From the sequence record OZ035756.1: DNA of 64,000 bases; one strand, given 5' to 3'. The stretch comes from Tequatrovirus LF73P3. The position numbers and the translations under genes were made by a program. A model generated the notes under the pieces. That model was not told the DNA's origin. It saw only the letters and a list, made by a program, of their open reading frames with translations, and searched no databases. Shown here piece after piece: positions 27,880-37,944 of the stretch (position 1 is its first letter; each line of letters opens with the position of its first letter).

Positions 27880-28179
27880 CTATTTTAAAACTTCTGCATA
27901 ATCACATGTTACAAACTGTTTCTCTAACTTGACGATTTTACGAAAGTATCTTTTGCATTGGCGAATCTGCCGCTTTGTAGGGCGCACAGCAAACTTAATA
28001 AATTCCACTCGACCAAATGGAGAGCTTTCTTCTGCTGGAATATCTAATACCAATTCCCACGTATCTGCAATAAGTGCTTTGAATTGAGTATTTTTCCTGA
28101 CATTATACGGAGTAGGTTTAAATAAAACGATATGCATATTATCCTCGGCAATCCACTTCACATACCTTCTTGTCATCAA
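27880..28179 (-). CDS. hypothetical protein (99 aa), 61.4 position
   Basis: six-frame ORF. Confidence 0.45.
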   Translation of the reverse strand: MMTRRYVKWIAEDNMHIVLFKPTPYNVRKNTQFKALIADTWELVLDIPAEESSPFGRVEFIKFAVRPTKRQIRQCKRYFRKIVKLEKQFVTCDYAEVLK

Positions 28180-28321
28180 TGAAAGCTTTAACTAGTGCTT
28201 TATTAACTTCAGCATATTGAGTAGTAGTCCATTGAACGTCATCTTTCATCATTGTGATCTCTTTAGTAAACATGCTTTCGTTCTTAAACCACCCCATAAA
28301 AACTACCTTTACCAATTCCAT
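28139..28321 (-). CDS. dmd: Dmd antitoxin (discriminator of mRNA degradation)
   Basis: 60 aa, MELVKVVFMGWFKNESMFTKEITMMKDDVQW... Confidence 0.8.
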   Translation of the reverse strand: MELVKVVFMGWFKNESMFTKEITMMKDDVQWTTTQYAEVNKALVKAFIDDKKVCEVDCRG

Positions 28322-28350
28322 AACAATCTCCTCATTTAACCAACAAGACT

Positions 28351-28380
28351 ACTATACCATAGTCTTGTCGGCTTGTAAAC
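28351..28380 (-). promoter_or_regulatory. Early promoter (GTTTAC, TATAGT) with 8-bp inverted repeat CAAGACTA/TAGTCTTG flanking the -10
   Basis: minus-strand GTTTACaagccgacaagactatggTATAGTagtcttg. Confidence 0.5.
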
Positions 28381-29807
28381 TAAAATTTTAATTCATTTGC
28401 CAAAGCATCTAACTGAGCTCGAGCGGATTCGTTTCTTTGATAGCGATTCTGTTCAGCTTGAATCTGCTGTGAACCTGCTACTTCGTTCACTTCGGTTGGA
28501 GTAGAATCTTGTTCAATTTCTACCCATTTCTGATTTCCTTTTTGAACACCCATCAAAAACTTATTCCATTTATTCTTATCACCATATCGTGATTTGATTT
28601 GCTTAATGAGTTGTTGTTCAGCAGCTGCTAGCTCCTCGGTTTCAATGACCGCAAGCATAAAATCGGCTGTTGCTGGAAGCCCAGCAGATTCTGCAATATC
28701 GCTCATGTTAACATCAGAAGAATCCCAAGCTTGTTTACCAACCTGCGCTGCAGTCCAAAGAACAGTTTCGGTTTCAACAGCCAGAGCACGCAATTCCTCT
28801 GCGATAGCTTTAACAGTTGTGTAACTATTTTCTGAATAAACTCTAATGCGGCAAGATTTACAAATACCCAGATAGTCAACAATAATGATTGTTGGAACAA
28901 AATTCTTCTTGAGCTTCAATTCATTCAAAAGAGAACGAAATGTATTAGCGTCTGCTCCACCGGTAGGATATTGTTTAACGATTAAACGACCGAGAGTAGA
29001 TTTCTCACGCCATTTTTCCATTTTTCCTTTATACTCAGCGTAAGAAATATGCCCATCATCAATGTCATCAAGAGAAACATCAAGCATATTAGCGTCAATA
29101 CGCTTAGCACAAACTTCTTCTGCCATTTCCATGGAAATGTAAAGAACATTATGTCCGAGCTGCAAATAATCTGCTGCCAATGAACACAGACCTAATGACT
29201 TACCGACGTTAACACCAGCCATTAAAACGTTCAGTGTTCCAGTTTCAGCTCCGCCTTTAGTAATTTTATTTAGAATTTTGAGTTTAAATGGAACCTTACG
29301 AGCTTTATTCATATAAGATAGCCAACGTGCTTCGTAGTCATCCATCCAATCATGACCAACGTAACTATCAAATGAAATTGATAATGCTTGGCGCATGATG
29401 TCAGGAATAGCACCTACATCTGGCATTTTCTTATTTCGTTTTTCTGGAGGAAGCTCAGCATTAGTTTGAATTTCAATTATTTTAGACGTAGCATTAAACA
29501 TCGCCCTTTGCTGAACATATTTTTCTGTTTCTTTTACTAACCAGCTGTGGTCTTCCGGAGAATCGGCTAGTTTTGAAATAAGTGTTTTTACACCAGAATA
29601 TTCTGTTTCAGTAAATGAACTATTTTCTAATGCAACATTTAACGCATTAATAGATGGAACGCTATGGTATTCATTAACATGAGATTTAATTAATTTGAAT
29701 GTATTTTTAGCTGGACCACTTTCAAAATATTCTGAATCCATATATGGCCAAACTTTTGAAAAATAAGCTTGATCAAATATGAGATGAGAAAGAATAATTT
29801 CTACCAC
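28380..29807 (-). CDS. 41: gp41 replicative DNA helicase (DnaB family)
   Basis: 475 aa; GTG start preceded by SD AAGGAG; Walker A GVNVGKS. Confidence 0.9.
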   Translation of the reverse strand: MVEIILSHLIFDQAYFSKVWPYMDSEYFESGPAKNTFKLIKSHVNEYHSVPSINALNVALENSSFTETEYSGVKTLISKLADSPEDHSWLVKETEKYVQQRAMFNATSKIIEIQTNAELPPEKRNKKMPDVGAIPDIMRQALSISFDSYVGHDWMDDYEARWLSYMNKARKVPFKLKILNKITKGGAETGTLNVLMAGVNVGKSLGLCSLAADYLQLGHNVLYISMEMAEEVCAKRIDANMLDVSLDDIDDGHISYAEYKGKMEKWREKSTLGRLIVKQYPTGGADANTFRSLLNELKLKKNFVPTIIIVDYLGICKSCRIRVYSENSYTTVKAIAEELRALAVETETVLWTAAQVGKQAWDSSDVNMSDIAESAGLPATADFMLAVIETEELAAAEQQLIKQIKSRYGDKNKWNKFLMGVQKGNQKWVEIEQDSTPTEVNEVAGSQQIQAEQNRYQRNESARAQLDALANELKF

Positions 29808-29816
29808 ACTTACTCC

Positions 29817-30179
29817 TTAAAAGAATTTAAATTTTTTCTTTGACCTTTTATTAAATGCATCTTGTAATTGCATTGTAATACATTTTTCTACATGAGGAGC
29901 TAACTCAGCTTTTCTTTCTTGGTCAAGAACAGCAAAGTCCATTACGACTTTTCCATCAACCCAATCTAATTTTGTCACATACACAATGTGTGTAGAACCG
30001 TCTTCTAGTTTAATGACAATCTCCTGGATAACATTTTCCATGGCAGATTTAATTATCTTAAGAGATTCATTAAAAAGACGTTCTTTTCTTTCTTCTTCCC
30101 CCTCCGAAGAGGGGGATTCATCGATAATTTCTAGATCTAAATCTAAATCATCTTTATTCATTAAATTCTTCCATATCAC
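29817..30179 (-). CDS. 40: gp40-like protein (120 aa)
   Basis: position between 41 and uvsX; acidic N-terminus. Confidence 0.5.
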   Translation of the reverse strand: MIWKNLMNKDDLDLDLEIIDESPSSEGEEERKERLFNESLKIIKSAMENVIQEIVIKLEDGSTHIVYVTKLDWVDGKVVMDFAVLDQERKAELAPHVEKCITMQLQDAFNKRSKKKFKFF

Positions 30180-31335
30180 TTAACTGATCTAGGTCAGTTT
30201 CTAAATCAGCTGCTGATTTACTTTTACTTTCTGGAGATTTAAATTTTTCAACCTTTGAGTTAATCAATTCATCAACTTCAGCTTCAACAATTTCATTACT
30301 ATCAATAGCACCTAACTGATAAGCACGTTTAATAGCATCTCGGAATGGCTGATGCTTAAATAAAGGACCCCAGAATGTAGTGCAGTTGGTATCTTTTGCA
30401 CGCCAAGATTTTTCTTCTCGAATCATCTCGCCAGTTTCTTCGTCAAGAAATTCACGAGCATACCAGCCATTTTTAGGTTTTACCACAAATCCTAATTCTA
30501 GAGCCATATCTAACAATCCAGAATAAGGATCGATGCCACCGTCAAATTTAACATCAATAAAGAATTTACTTTTTTCTTTAACGGTACGAGATTTTTCTAC
30601 ATTTAGAACAAATTGATACCCCTGAAGATCAGAACCATCTTTAATCTGGCGCTTACCGATAATGAATACAGTATCAGCCGAATACATTACGCCTGTACCA
30701 CCTGTCATCACGGTTTTACTAAACATTTCAATTGTTTCAATTGTATGGTTAACCGCAACACATGGAATGTTTTTAATACTAAAATAAGGAGTAACAATAC
30801 GGAATAATGACTTCAGTGATTTAGCACGAGTCATATCTGCCACAGATTTTTCATTCAAGGCATCTTCCGTTTCTTTCTTAGAAGCCATATTACCGATTGA
30901 GTCGATGAATACAATAACTTTTTCACCGCGCTCAATAGCTTCAAGCTGATTCACCATATCAATTTTCAGCTGTTCAACTGACTGGATTGGTGTATGAATT
31001 ACTCGTTCCGGGTCAACTCCCATGGATCGCAAATAAGCTGGAGTAATACCAAATTCGCTATCATAGAATAGACAAACCGCGTCAGGATATTTGTTCAAAT
31101 ACGCCGCAACCATAGTCAAAGACATATTTGATTTAAAGTGTTTAGAAGGACCTGCAAAAATGGTTAAACCAGACTGCATACCACCATCAATCGCACCAGA
31201 AATAGCGATATTAAGCATTGGGATTTTTGTACGGATTACATCCTTTTCATTAAAGAATTTAGATGTAGTCAGTTCAGCAGTCATTTTAGAAGTGGAAGCT
31301 TTAATCAAACGGGATTTTAAATCTGCAATAGACAT
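30154..31335 (-). CDS. uvsX: UvsX recombinase (RecA/Rad51 family)
   Basis: 393 aa, near-identical to recalled T4 UvsX. Confidence 0.9.
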   Translation of the reverse strand: MSIADLKSRLIKASTSKMTAELTTSKFFNEKDVIRTKIPMLNIAISGAIDGGMQSGLTIFAGPSKHFKSNMSLTMVAAYLNKYPDAVCLFYDSEFGITPAYLRSMGVDPERVIHTPIQSVEQLKIDMVNQLEAIERGEKVIVFIDSIGNMASKKETEDALNEKSVADMTRAKSLKSLFRIVTPYFSIKNIPCVAVNHTIETIEMFSKTVMTGGTGVMYSADTVFIIGKRQIKDGSDLQGYQFVLNVEKSRTVKEKSKFFIDVKFDGGIDPYSGLLDMALELGFVVKPKNGWYAREFLDEETGEMIREEKSWRAKDTNCTTFWGPLFKHQPFRDAIKRAYQLGAIDSNEIVEAEVDELINSKVEKFKSPESKSKSAADLETDLDQLSDMEEFNE

Positions 31336-31412
31336 TCATTTTTTCCATAGGCAACATTATATTTTCCTCACTGGTTAAAGATAGAGTAATTATAACACAA
31401 TAAATTTAGGCA

Positions 31413-32261
31413 TTAATCAACTGCTATTGGATGAATAGCATTAAACTTATGAAATGCTTCTGATTTTTCTTTGCGCGAAACACACATGCGAAGAACCTTT
31501 AATGGCTCGTCTTCTTCACCCAACGATTTTCTCTTTTCGATATTCGATGTTTTCCAACGAGCTTGCTCTGGAAACTCTCTATTGATTTGCTCAAGAGCTC
31601 TATTATGTTTTGAATTACTACGAATTGAACTGCACCCGCCCGGAGCCTGTGCTTTTCCAGATACAACCAGATATTTGAACAAGGCCAAATGCGGATAACC
31701 TTGATTAATTAAATTGAGAAATGCATACATATCTTCGCATAAATCAATTTTTCCATACCCAATTTGTTCTGTTGTAAGTTTTCCAAGGTCATACCAAGTA
31801 TTCGTGAATCCATATGAATTTTCACGATAATTACCCCAAGATGAAGTAATTTTAAAAATTGGTAAACGAGCATGACCATGATAATACCCGCAATCCATGG
31901 CATCTTCAACGTATTGAATCAATTCATAGAACTGTTCACGGGTTAATTGATTAATTTTATCTACGCAGCGACGATCATCTTTCTTTCGCATTGAACTCAT
32001 ACGAATAGTAGTATCATCATCAATCATCCAAATTCGTTGACCTGCATACATTTCAGTAATTGCTTTGCGAGTGCCAGCAATTCCATTAACATCATCGGGA
32101 ATAGTTATAATTTTGGCTCTAGACCCGTAAGCATCATAATAAGCTTTTTCTTCATGTTTACGTACTACAATATGTGGTTCATAATCAGTCGGAAACATAT
32201 CAAGGGCAGAAACTGCCCCTACACGTTGATAGCTTGGAATTACGAATTGAATCATTTCCAC
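31413..32261 (-). CDS. GT-A-like glycosyltransferase with DxD motif at the beta-gt locus (candidate T2/T6-type beta-glucosyl-HMC-alpha-glucosyltransferase)
   Basis: 282 aa; IWMIDDDTTIRM motif; not similar to recalled T4 beta-gt (351 aa). Confidence 0.5.
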   Translation of the reverse strand: MEMIQFVIPSYQRVGAVSALDMFPTDYEPHIVVRKHEEKAYYDAYGSRAKIITIPDDVNGIAGTRKAITEMYAGQRIWMIDDDTTIRMSSMRKKDDRRCVDKINQLTREQFYELIQYVEDAMDCGYYHGHARLPIFKITSSWGNYRENSYGFTNTWYDLGKLTTEQIGYGKIDLCEDMYAFLNLINQGYPHLALFKYLVVSGKAQAPGGCSSIRSNSKHNRALEQINREFPEQARWKTSNIEKRKSLGEEDEPLKVLRMCVSRKEKSEAFHKFNAIHPIAVD

Positions 32262-32992
32262 TCACCATTATAATCTTTTTTCGCAATATGAGTTTCACCA
32301 GTTTTCCACCAATGGTCAACCAAATAAAAATGACGGGAATACACATGAAGGCTCCCGACATTCCATATAATGGAACCTGCTTTATACTGACGAGTTGAAT
32401 CACCTGCATTCAAGTCAGATACTAATTTATCTAGTACGTATTTTTGCCATGCATAATCATTACGGAATCCGAAGACCACGTCATTTGAACGCATGCTTAC
32501 TACTGCATTGACTTTCTTATCACGAATCAGGTATTGTACTGTATTCGTACACATGAAATCTGACATACCATCTTTATTGTAGTCAAATTGCATGGATGGA
32601 CGAGTATAAATCATGATACCGCGTCGAGAATCAGGATTTTGACCAAGTTCAGCTAAACACATATCATACTGGGCATAGTTATCTTCTGACCAGATGGCCC
32701 AACCATAATTCGAGTTAATTTCGCCTTTAGAAGATGCTACCTGTTGCCAAATCTTTGGTGTTTCACCCGGAATATCTTTAACAAACAAACTTTTAGATTT
32801 ATACCATTCAAGTTCACGCTGAATGTATTCATCATTAAGAGCGCCAAAAATAAAAGGTTCATCTGCTACAAATGATGCACCAATAATTTCAATAGTTTTA
32901 ACACCAGTTTTATCAATTACGAAATCTTTTTCCTTTAATGCAAGACCCAAATCAAGACGGATTTCTTCAACTGTCATATAATCGTTAATCAT
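32252..32992 (-). CDS. 42: gp42 dCMP hydroxymethylase
   Basis: 246 aa, thymidylate-synthase-like, near-identical to recalled T4 gp42. Confidence 0.9.
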   Translation of the reverse strand: MINDYMTVEEIRLDLGLALKEKDFVIDKTGVKTIEIIGASFVADEPFIFGALNDEYIQRELEWYKSKSLFVKDIPGETPKIWQQVASSKGEINSNYGWAIWSEDNYAQYDMCLAELGQNPDSRRGIMIYTRPSMQFDYNKDGMSDFMCTNTVQYLIRDKKVNAVVSMRSNDVVFGFRNDYAWQKYVLDKLVSDLNAGDSTRQYKAGSIIWNVGSLHVYSRHFYLVDHWWKTGETHIAKKDYNGEWK

Positions 32993-33145
32993 TTAAACCT
33001 CAATTGATGCATTCATATTTAACTTGTAACAGTAATAAACCCCAACCTATAATAAGTGTCGGAATCATAAGAGGAACTGTTACGCTATAGTATATACTTA
33101 TTATAATCATCAAGATTAAAAGCAATACTGCTAAAATTTTGCTTT

Positions 33146-33397
33146 TCATTCCTTCTCTCTGATGATAATTACTTGATTTTGCTGCACAGATTTTTTAGTT
33201 TCACCTGCAATTGACCAAATAAAGGTAATAAACCAACCAATAATTGACCAATTAAACAGTAAAGATGTGAAAAAGATTCCTACTGTCGATTTTGACCCAC
33301 GCATCAAGGCGATGAACCAAGGAAGCATGTATATAATAATAGCCAACACGCCTGAAACTAAAACCATAAAAATTGAACCTGCTACTAAAGTTTCCAT
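33146..33397 (-). CDS. imm: Imm immunity (superinfection exclusion) membrane protein
   Basis: 83 aa, two TM helices, METLVAGSIFMVLVSGVLAIIIYMLPWFIALMRG... Confidence 0.8.
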   Translation of the reverse strand: METLVAGSIFMVLVSGVLAIIIYMLPWFIALMRGSKSTVGIFFTSLLFNWSIIGWFITFIWSIAGETKKSVQQNQVIIIREKE

Positions 33398-33404
33398 GTT
33401 TTCC

Positions 33405-33785
33405 TCACTTAGTCAAATTTTTTACGCATGAATTATAAGAATTCACTACATACTCCATTGGAGCATTTTTACCAGTACGCCATTGGTAATTATTAGCCCA
33501 ATTAGCCCAAAGTTCGGCGCAGTAGTTTTCAATTTTTTCTTCGCGTGTAATTACATCCGAATTACGATATGCTTGGGCAGATTCATCTGGACGAATAGCT
33601 TCATCAAAATTCGCCTGCATTTGTTCTACTGTCTGTTTTGGAGCTTCTTTATAACACTTAACATTAGGATTATAAAATTTGCTTGAACAATTTACAATTT
33701 TTCCTGCATCGGACTGATTTATTACTGGTCCTTGAGCTACACATCCAGTAAGACCCAATGCAATAACCAAAATAGCAATTTTCAT
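33405..33785 (-). CDS. putative lipoprotein (126 aa), imm.1 position
   Basis: signal peptide with lipobox LTGC. Confidence 0.5.
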   Translation of the reverse strand: MKIAILVIALGLTGCVAQGPVINQSDAGKIVNCSSKFYNPNVKCYKEAPKQTVEQMQANFDEAIRPDESAQAYRNSDVITREEKIENYCAELWANWANNYQWRTGKNAPMEYVVNSYNSCVKNLTK

Positions 33786-33795
33786 AATAATTTCC

Positions 33796-34053
33796 TCAAA
33801 TACAAGTAGTAATTACTCCAGTAGTGCTTATACAGGTATTACCTAATTGAACACCAAGCGTTCCATTAGTATTCATATGAAGATTATCATCAATTTTTGT
33901 TGATACTTTACCATTCATGTGAATAACAGTATTAGATTCAATCACATTCTGAGTGTCATTTTCAATATCAATAAATGGAACAGATGCTAATGCAACTAGA
34001 ACAGCTGCTAATGCAACTAAACACGCTGCTAAACAACCATAAACAATTTTCAT
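33796..34053 (-). CDS. hypothetical secreted/membrane protein (85 aa; trimmed to cassette ATG)
   Basis: ATG at 34053 preceded by SD GGAG within the conserved cassette leader. Confidence 0.45.
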   Translation of the reverse strand: MKIVYGCLAACLVALAAVLVALASVPFIDIENDTQNVIESNTVIHMNGKVSTKIDDNLHMNTNGTLGVQLGNTCISTTGVITTCI

Positions 34054-34087
34054 TTCATTCTCCAAATCCGTATCAGTTGATAGTTGT

Positions 34088-34118
34088 ATAGTACCATGGA
34101 AGAACAGGGATGTAAACA
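34088..34118 (-). promoter_or_regulatory. Early promoter cassette (GTTTAC, TGGTACTAT)
   Basis: minus-strand GTTTACatccctgttcttccatggTACTATACaactatcaactgatacgg. Confidence 0.6.
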
Positions 34119-34195
34119 GTTTTGTGAAAAAATTTTTAATGAATTTACAGGACCTAGAATCATCTATTTTTCCTAAGTATAGATTTATATTACTT

Positions 34196-34221
34196 GTATG
34201 AAAAAGGGACCCGGAGGTCCC
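34196..34221 (-). terminator. Rho-independent terminator after gene 43 (GGGACC-UCCG-GGUCCC plus U-run)
   Basis: 6-bp GC stem with tetraloop followed by UUUUUCAU on minus strand. Confidence 0.7.
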
Positions 34222-34234
34222 TAGATTTATTCTA

Positions 34235-36931
34235 TCAGCCAAACAGGAAGTCTAACGAAGCTTTTTCCTCATAGTCCATACCTGCCGATTCACACATGCC
34301 CGCAAGCGGTTTAACAAACGATTTTTGGAACAAAGTTGAGTAGTCAATCCAAGACAGTACGTCAGAACGAATTTCTTTTGGAAGTTCTGTGCCTGATGGC
34401 CAAGCAATGCACTTGTCACCAAATGGATTTCCTTCACGTAATGGAAGAACCATTACCTTATTTCCATCCAAAATTGGAGCTACACCTAAACCGCTAACAG
34501 CTCGACGATAAGTTAGCACACCACGAATATGGAACGGACATTTAAATCCTGGCCAACCTTTATCATCATATTTCGCTATATCGTTCGCAGTTTTTACTTC
34601 AGCAATAACTTTATAGTCAAGTTGACGATATTCTTTCTCAAAGTTCTTGTAGTATTCTTGGACAGACTCTTCACCTTCCTGAAGAATACGACGAATACTT
34701 TCTTCGAGAGCTTCTTGTACTGCTTTTGGTGTTGAGCTCTGCTGAGTTTCCATACCCATAATTTTTAGATGCGGTTCGGCAAATCGCTTATCTTCCATAT
34801 CATAAACGTTCAGAGCATAACGTTTTTTCGCTTTCCAAAATCCACCAACACCCTTTGAACCAAGCGGAGGGCAAGAAATAGCTTCACGGTCCATATGCAT
34901 CAGATGCTCGCGGTTATTCATATAATCACATAACTCACGATATGCAACATCAATCATAGGTTCCATCTTTTTCTTACCGAACTGATTCATGAATTCAACT
35001 AAATCATTTTGTTCTTTAAAGCGGTCAAGACCTACTTTTTCAATTACTTTATCTACACAAACATATACCGAATCAGTATCACCTGCTGCGATGAAATCTT
35101 CACCATTAGTTCCACATACTTTATTCAGATATTCATTAATTTTGCGAGCAATCCATTGAATACCGACTTGACCGAAAATTGTGATAGCAGTAGCATTTCG
35201 CAAATCATAGTAGCGGAAATGAATATTACCAAGAGCACCATAAAGACTGTTAATAAGAATTTTACGGTTCAGCTGATTTGTGTTAGCAAGTGTAGCAGCT
35301 TTTTCGCATTCTTCGATCAGACTATTAAGTACAGATTCAGTGTAATTCGATAATTCGTTTAAGAAATCATCACTGAACTTAACATATCGTTCAACTTCTG
35401 GTTTAGTTGAACAAGACCCTGCACCTTTCATAATAATCTTTTTAATAGCTTCGGCATTCATTTCTTCCGCGAACATTTTCTTTTTCCAATCTTTACGCTG
35501 GAAAAATACTTTAGCGATTTCCTTTGGAATGATACCTTCTTGGTGCTTATCATACATCCATCCATTCGGAGAGCAAGAATATTCATCACTTGGCTTAGGA
35601 GCTGTTCCTGCGATATATTCATGAATTGGATGAACTTTAAACTGCCCACGAATAGTCTCAGGACTAATGTTAACCTGACGAATAATGCTAGGATACAGAG
35701 ACGTCAAGTCAAAACTCATAATGTATCGACGAGCAATCGGTTTAGGTTCAAACACAAATGCACCTGGAAAACTCTGTTTAACGTGCGAACCTTGTTGAGG
35801 AATAACCTTATGTTCACCTTTCAGTGAGTTAAAAATAATAGCATCCCAAGTTTTAATAGGACTCATTACACCAGAAAAAGGCATTTTAGCGTAATAAGAC
35901 ATACTTAAAACTAGATCGATAAACCCACGAATTTTATCAATTGCTTGAACTGATTCTACGTCAATGATGTTATAACTAATGTATCGTTGATGATTAGTCT
36001 CACGAAGTTTATTAATAGGACCATCGTACGGCAATTTACCTTTTTTGGTTTCATGTTGAGCAACTGATTCCAAAGAGAACGATGGCAAATTAGTAAATGC
36101 GAATTTCTTGTACAAATCTAAATAATCAAGAATAGATACGCCATCAATAGAATAAATTTCTTTACTACCGTACATATTTTGAATTAGTTTAGATTTTACT
36201 CGACCGATTGGAGAGAAGCGTTTCATACTACGTTCACCGAGAACCATTTTAACACGATTCATGATATACGGAACGTCAAATCCCTCAATATTCCAACCGG
36301 TAAAAATAGCAGGTCGTTTCTGTTCCCAGAGATTAATATATTCCATGAGCATATCACGCTCATTATCAAATGGCATATAAATTACTCGGTCAAGAATTTC
36401 TTGAGGAACTTCATCACCACCTTCACAGTCAAGCTTAGCAGCTAACTTTGCGTCCCATTTTGATACTGAACCGTACATTGAATTCAACAAATCAAAGACG
36501 TAAAAACGATCGTCAATTGAATCATAATGAGTGATAGCATCAATTTCATATTCTGCTTTCATTGGGTCAGGAAATTTATCACCAGTAACCTCAATGTCAC
36601 AGTTAGCTACACGAACAAATTTTCGGTCATAAACAATTTCTGAACCATATGTATCACTGATATAAGCGAGTTTAAAATCGTTCATACCGAGAGCTTCGAG
36701 ACCAATGTCTTCCATTCGTTTCATCCAGTCTCGTGCATCTTTCATTGATGGAAATTTTTGAGGAGCACAATTTTTACCATAAATGTCTTTGTATTTTGAC
36801 TCTTCCTTACAATGCCTAAACATAGTCGGAAGATATTCTACTTCACGGGTACGTTCCTTTCCGTTTTCATCAATATAACGCTCAACAATATTATTTCCGA
36901 CTGTTTCGATAGAGATATAAAATTCTTTCAT
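34235..36931 (-). CDS. 43: gp43 DNA polymerase (family B)
   Basis: 898 aa, exonuclease and polymerase motifs (DIE, YGDTDS), same length as T4 gp43. Confidence 0.95.
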   Translation of the reverse strand: MKEFYISIETVGNNIVERYIDENGKERTREVEYLPTMFRHCKEESKYKDIYGKNCAPQKFPSMKDARDWMKRMEDIGLEALGMNDFKLAYISDTYGSEIVYDRKFVRVANCDIEVTGDKFPDPMKAEYEIDAITHYDSIDDRFYVFDLLNSMYGSVSKWDAKLAAKLDCEGGDEVPQEILDRVIYMPFDNERDMLMEYINLWEQKRPAIFTGWNIEGFDVPYIMNRVKMVLGERSMKRFSPIGRVKSKLIQNMYGSKEIYSIDGVSILDYLDLYKKFAFTNLPSFSLESVAQHETKKGKLPYDGPINKLRETNHQRYISYNIIDVESVQAIDKIRGFIDLVLSMSYYAKMPFSGVMSPIKTWDAIIFNSLKGEHKVIPQQGSHVKQSFPGAFVFEPKPIARRYIMSFDLTSLYPSIIRQVNISPETIRGQFKVHPIHEYIAGTAPKPSDEYSCSPNGWMYDKHQEGIIPKEIAKVFFQRKDWKKKMFAEEMNAEAIKKIIMKGAGSCSTKPEVERYVKFSDDFLNELSNYTESVLNSLIEECEKAATLANTNQLNRKILINSLYGALGNIHFRYYDLRNATAITIFGQVGIQWIARKINEYLNKVCGTNGEDFIAAGDTDSVYVCVDKVIEKVGLDRFKEQNDLVEFMNQFGKKKMEPMIDVAYRELCDYMNNREHLMHMDREAISCPPLGSKGVGGFWKAKKRYALNVYDMEDKRFAEPHLKIMGMETQQSSTPKAVQEALEESIRRILQEGEESVQEYYKNFEKEYRQLDYKVIAEVKTANDIAKYDDKGWPGFKCPFHIRGVLTYRRAVSGLGVAPILDGNKVMVLPLREGNPFGDKCIAWPSGTELPKEIRSDVLSWIDYSTLFQKSFVKPLAGMCESAGMDYEEKASLDFLFG

Positions 36932-36968
36932 AGATATTCCTTAGTTTATAGCCCGAGTTATTAGGCTC
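36932..36968 (-). promoter_or_regulatory. gp43 translational operator (hairpin AGCC-UAAUAACUCG-GGCU immediately 5' of the SD)
   Basis: minus-strand agagccuaauaacucgggcuauaaacuaaggaauaucuAUG matches the recalled T4 gene 43 autoregulatory operator. Confidence 0.7.
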
Positions 36969-37009
36969 TTGATATATTATACTCCAAATAAGGGGCCGAA
37001 GCCCCTTGC

Positions 37010-37378
37010 TTAATTACCAATCGTATATTTTGGAACGAGTTTCCATTCATGTTTTTGTTTAAAAGAAATAACTCGGAAGTTATTAGTTAAATCTTTCATA
37101 AAAGTTCTTTGACCAGGAACGATTTCAATCAGTCCCCAATCTTCTAACAGCCACGCAATCGAATCACGACGAACTTCATCTTCTTCTGTCATTTCAACCT
37201 GACGGCCATCCATACGAAGCATTTCTTTAAAATGAACGATATAGTATAGTCCTTTTTTCTGAAGAATATGACAGGACTGATACAGAACTTTATCTTTATT
37301 ATTAGCAATTCCCATACGAGTCAAGGTTTCTTTTACTTTCAGAAAATCTTCAGGTTTTTTAAGAGTAATTTCAATCAT
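37010..37378 (-). CDS. regA: RegA translational repressor
   Basis: 122 aa, matches recalled T4 RegA. Confidence 0.9.
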   Translation of the reverse strand: MIEITLKKPEDFLKVKETLTRMGIANNKDKVLYQSCHILQKKGLYYIVHFKEMLRMDGRQVEMTEEDEVRRDSIAWLLEDWGLIEIVPGQRTFMKDLTNNFRVISFKQKHEWKLVPKYTIGN

Positions 37379-37379
37379 T

Positions 37380-37943
37380 TTACCATTCCAATGCTAGTTT
37401 TTTGAGTTGTTTCTGTTCTTTTACGTTCTTAGTCACTTCTTTCAAAAAATCATCCGTGACTAAACCTTTTAGTTCTTTTAATACTAAAGGAAGTTTTCCA
37501 TTTTTAGTAAGAATTGATTTATAGTTAATTGCATCATTTGTATTAACTTGATACCGCTTAGCAAGTAACTTAATAATCAATACTTCGGTAGAATCTTCGA
37601 CCAGTTTTGCCCATTTACCATATCTTTTACCCCGAGGAACAGCAGCCATCAGATAATTAAAATGGGCTTCATCGCTTAAACCTGATCCAATTAAATTCAT
37701 AGCATATACAGCTGGCATGCATTCAGGAAATTGTGATAATGCATTCTCAACCATGTATTTTGAATAATCTTTTTGAGCAATAGAGCATTTAGTTTTATTA
37801 TTAATAGCTCCAATTATTTCAAAAAATTCATTTTCAGCTTTTTCCTTAAAAGAATCAGCAGCAGATTGGACAGCTGTCCAATCTTTTGAATACCAAGCAA
37901 CTTGATGCTCGTTTAATTGAATATCATCTTCAAATAAGCTCAT
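37380..37943 (-). CDS. 62: gp62 clamp-loader small subunit
   Basis: 187 aa, position and length as T4 gp62. Confidence 0.85.
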   Translation of the reverse strand: MSLFEDDIQLNEHQVAWYSKDWTAVQSAADSFKEKAENEFFEIIGAINNKTKCSIAQKDYSKYMVENALSQFPECMPAVYAMNLIGSGLSDEAHFNYLMAAVPRGKRYGKWAKLVEDSTEVLIIKLLAKRYQVNTNDAINYKSILTKNGKLPLVLKELKGLVTDDFLKEVTKNVKEQKQLKKLALEW

Positions 37944-37944
37944 A

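Noticed and set aside
36953-36958. Additional isolated TATAAT and TGCTT matches as promoters throughout coding regions
   Set aside because: In a genome this AT-rich such hexamers occur frequently by chance; only sites with correct -35 or MotA-box spacing at gene junctions were kept.
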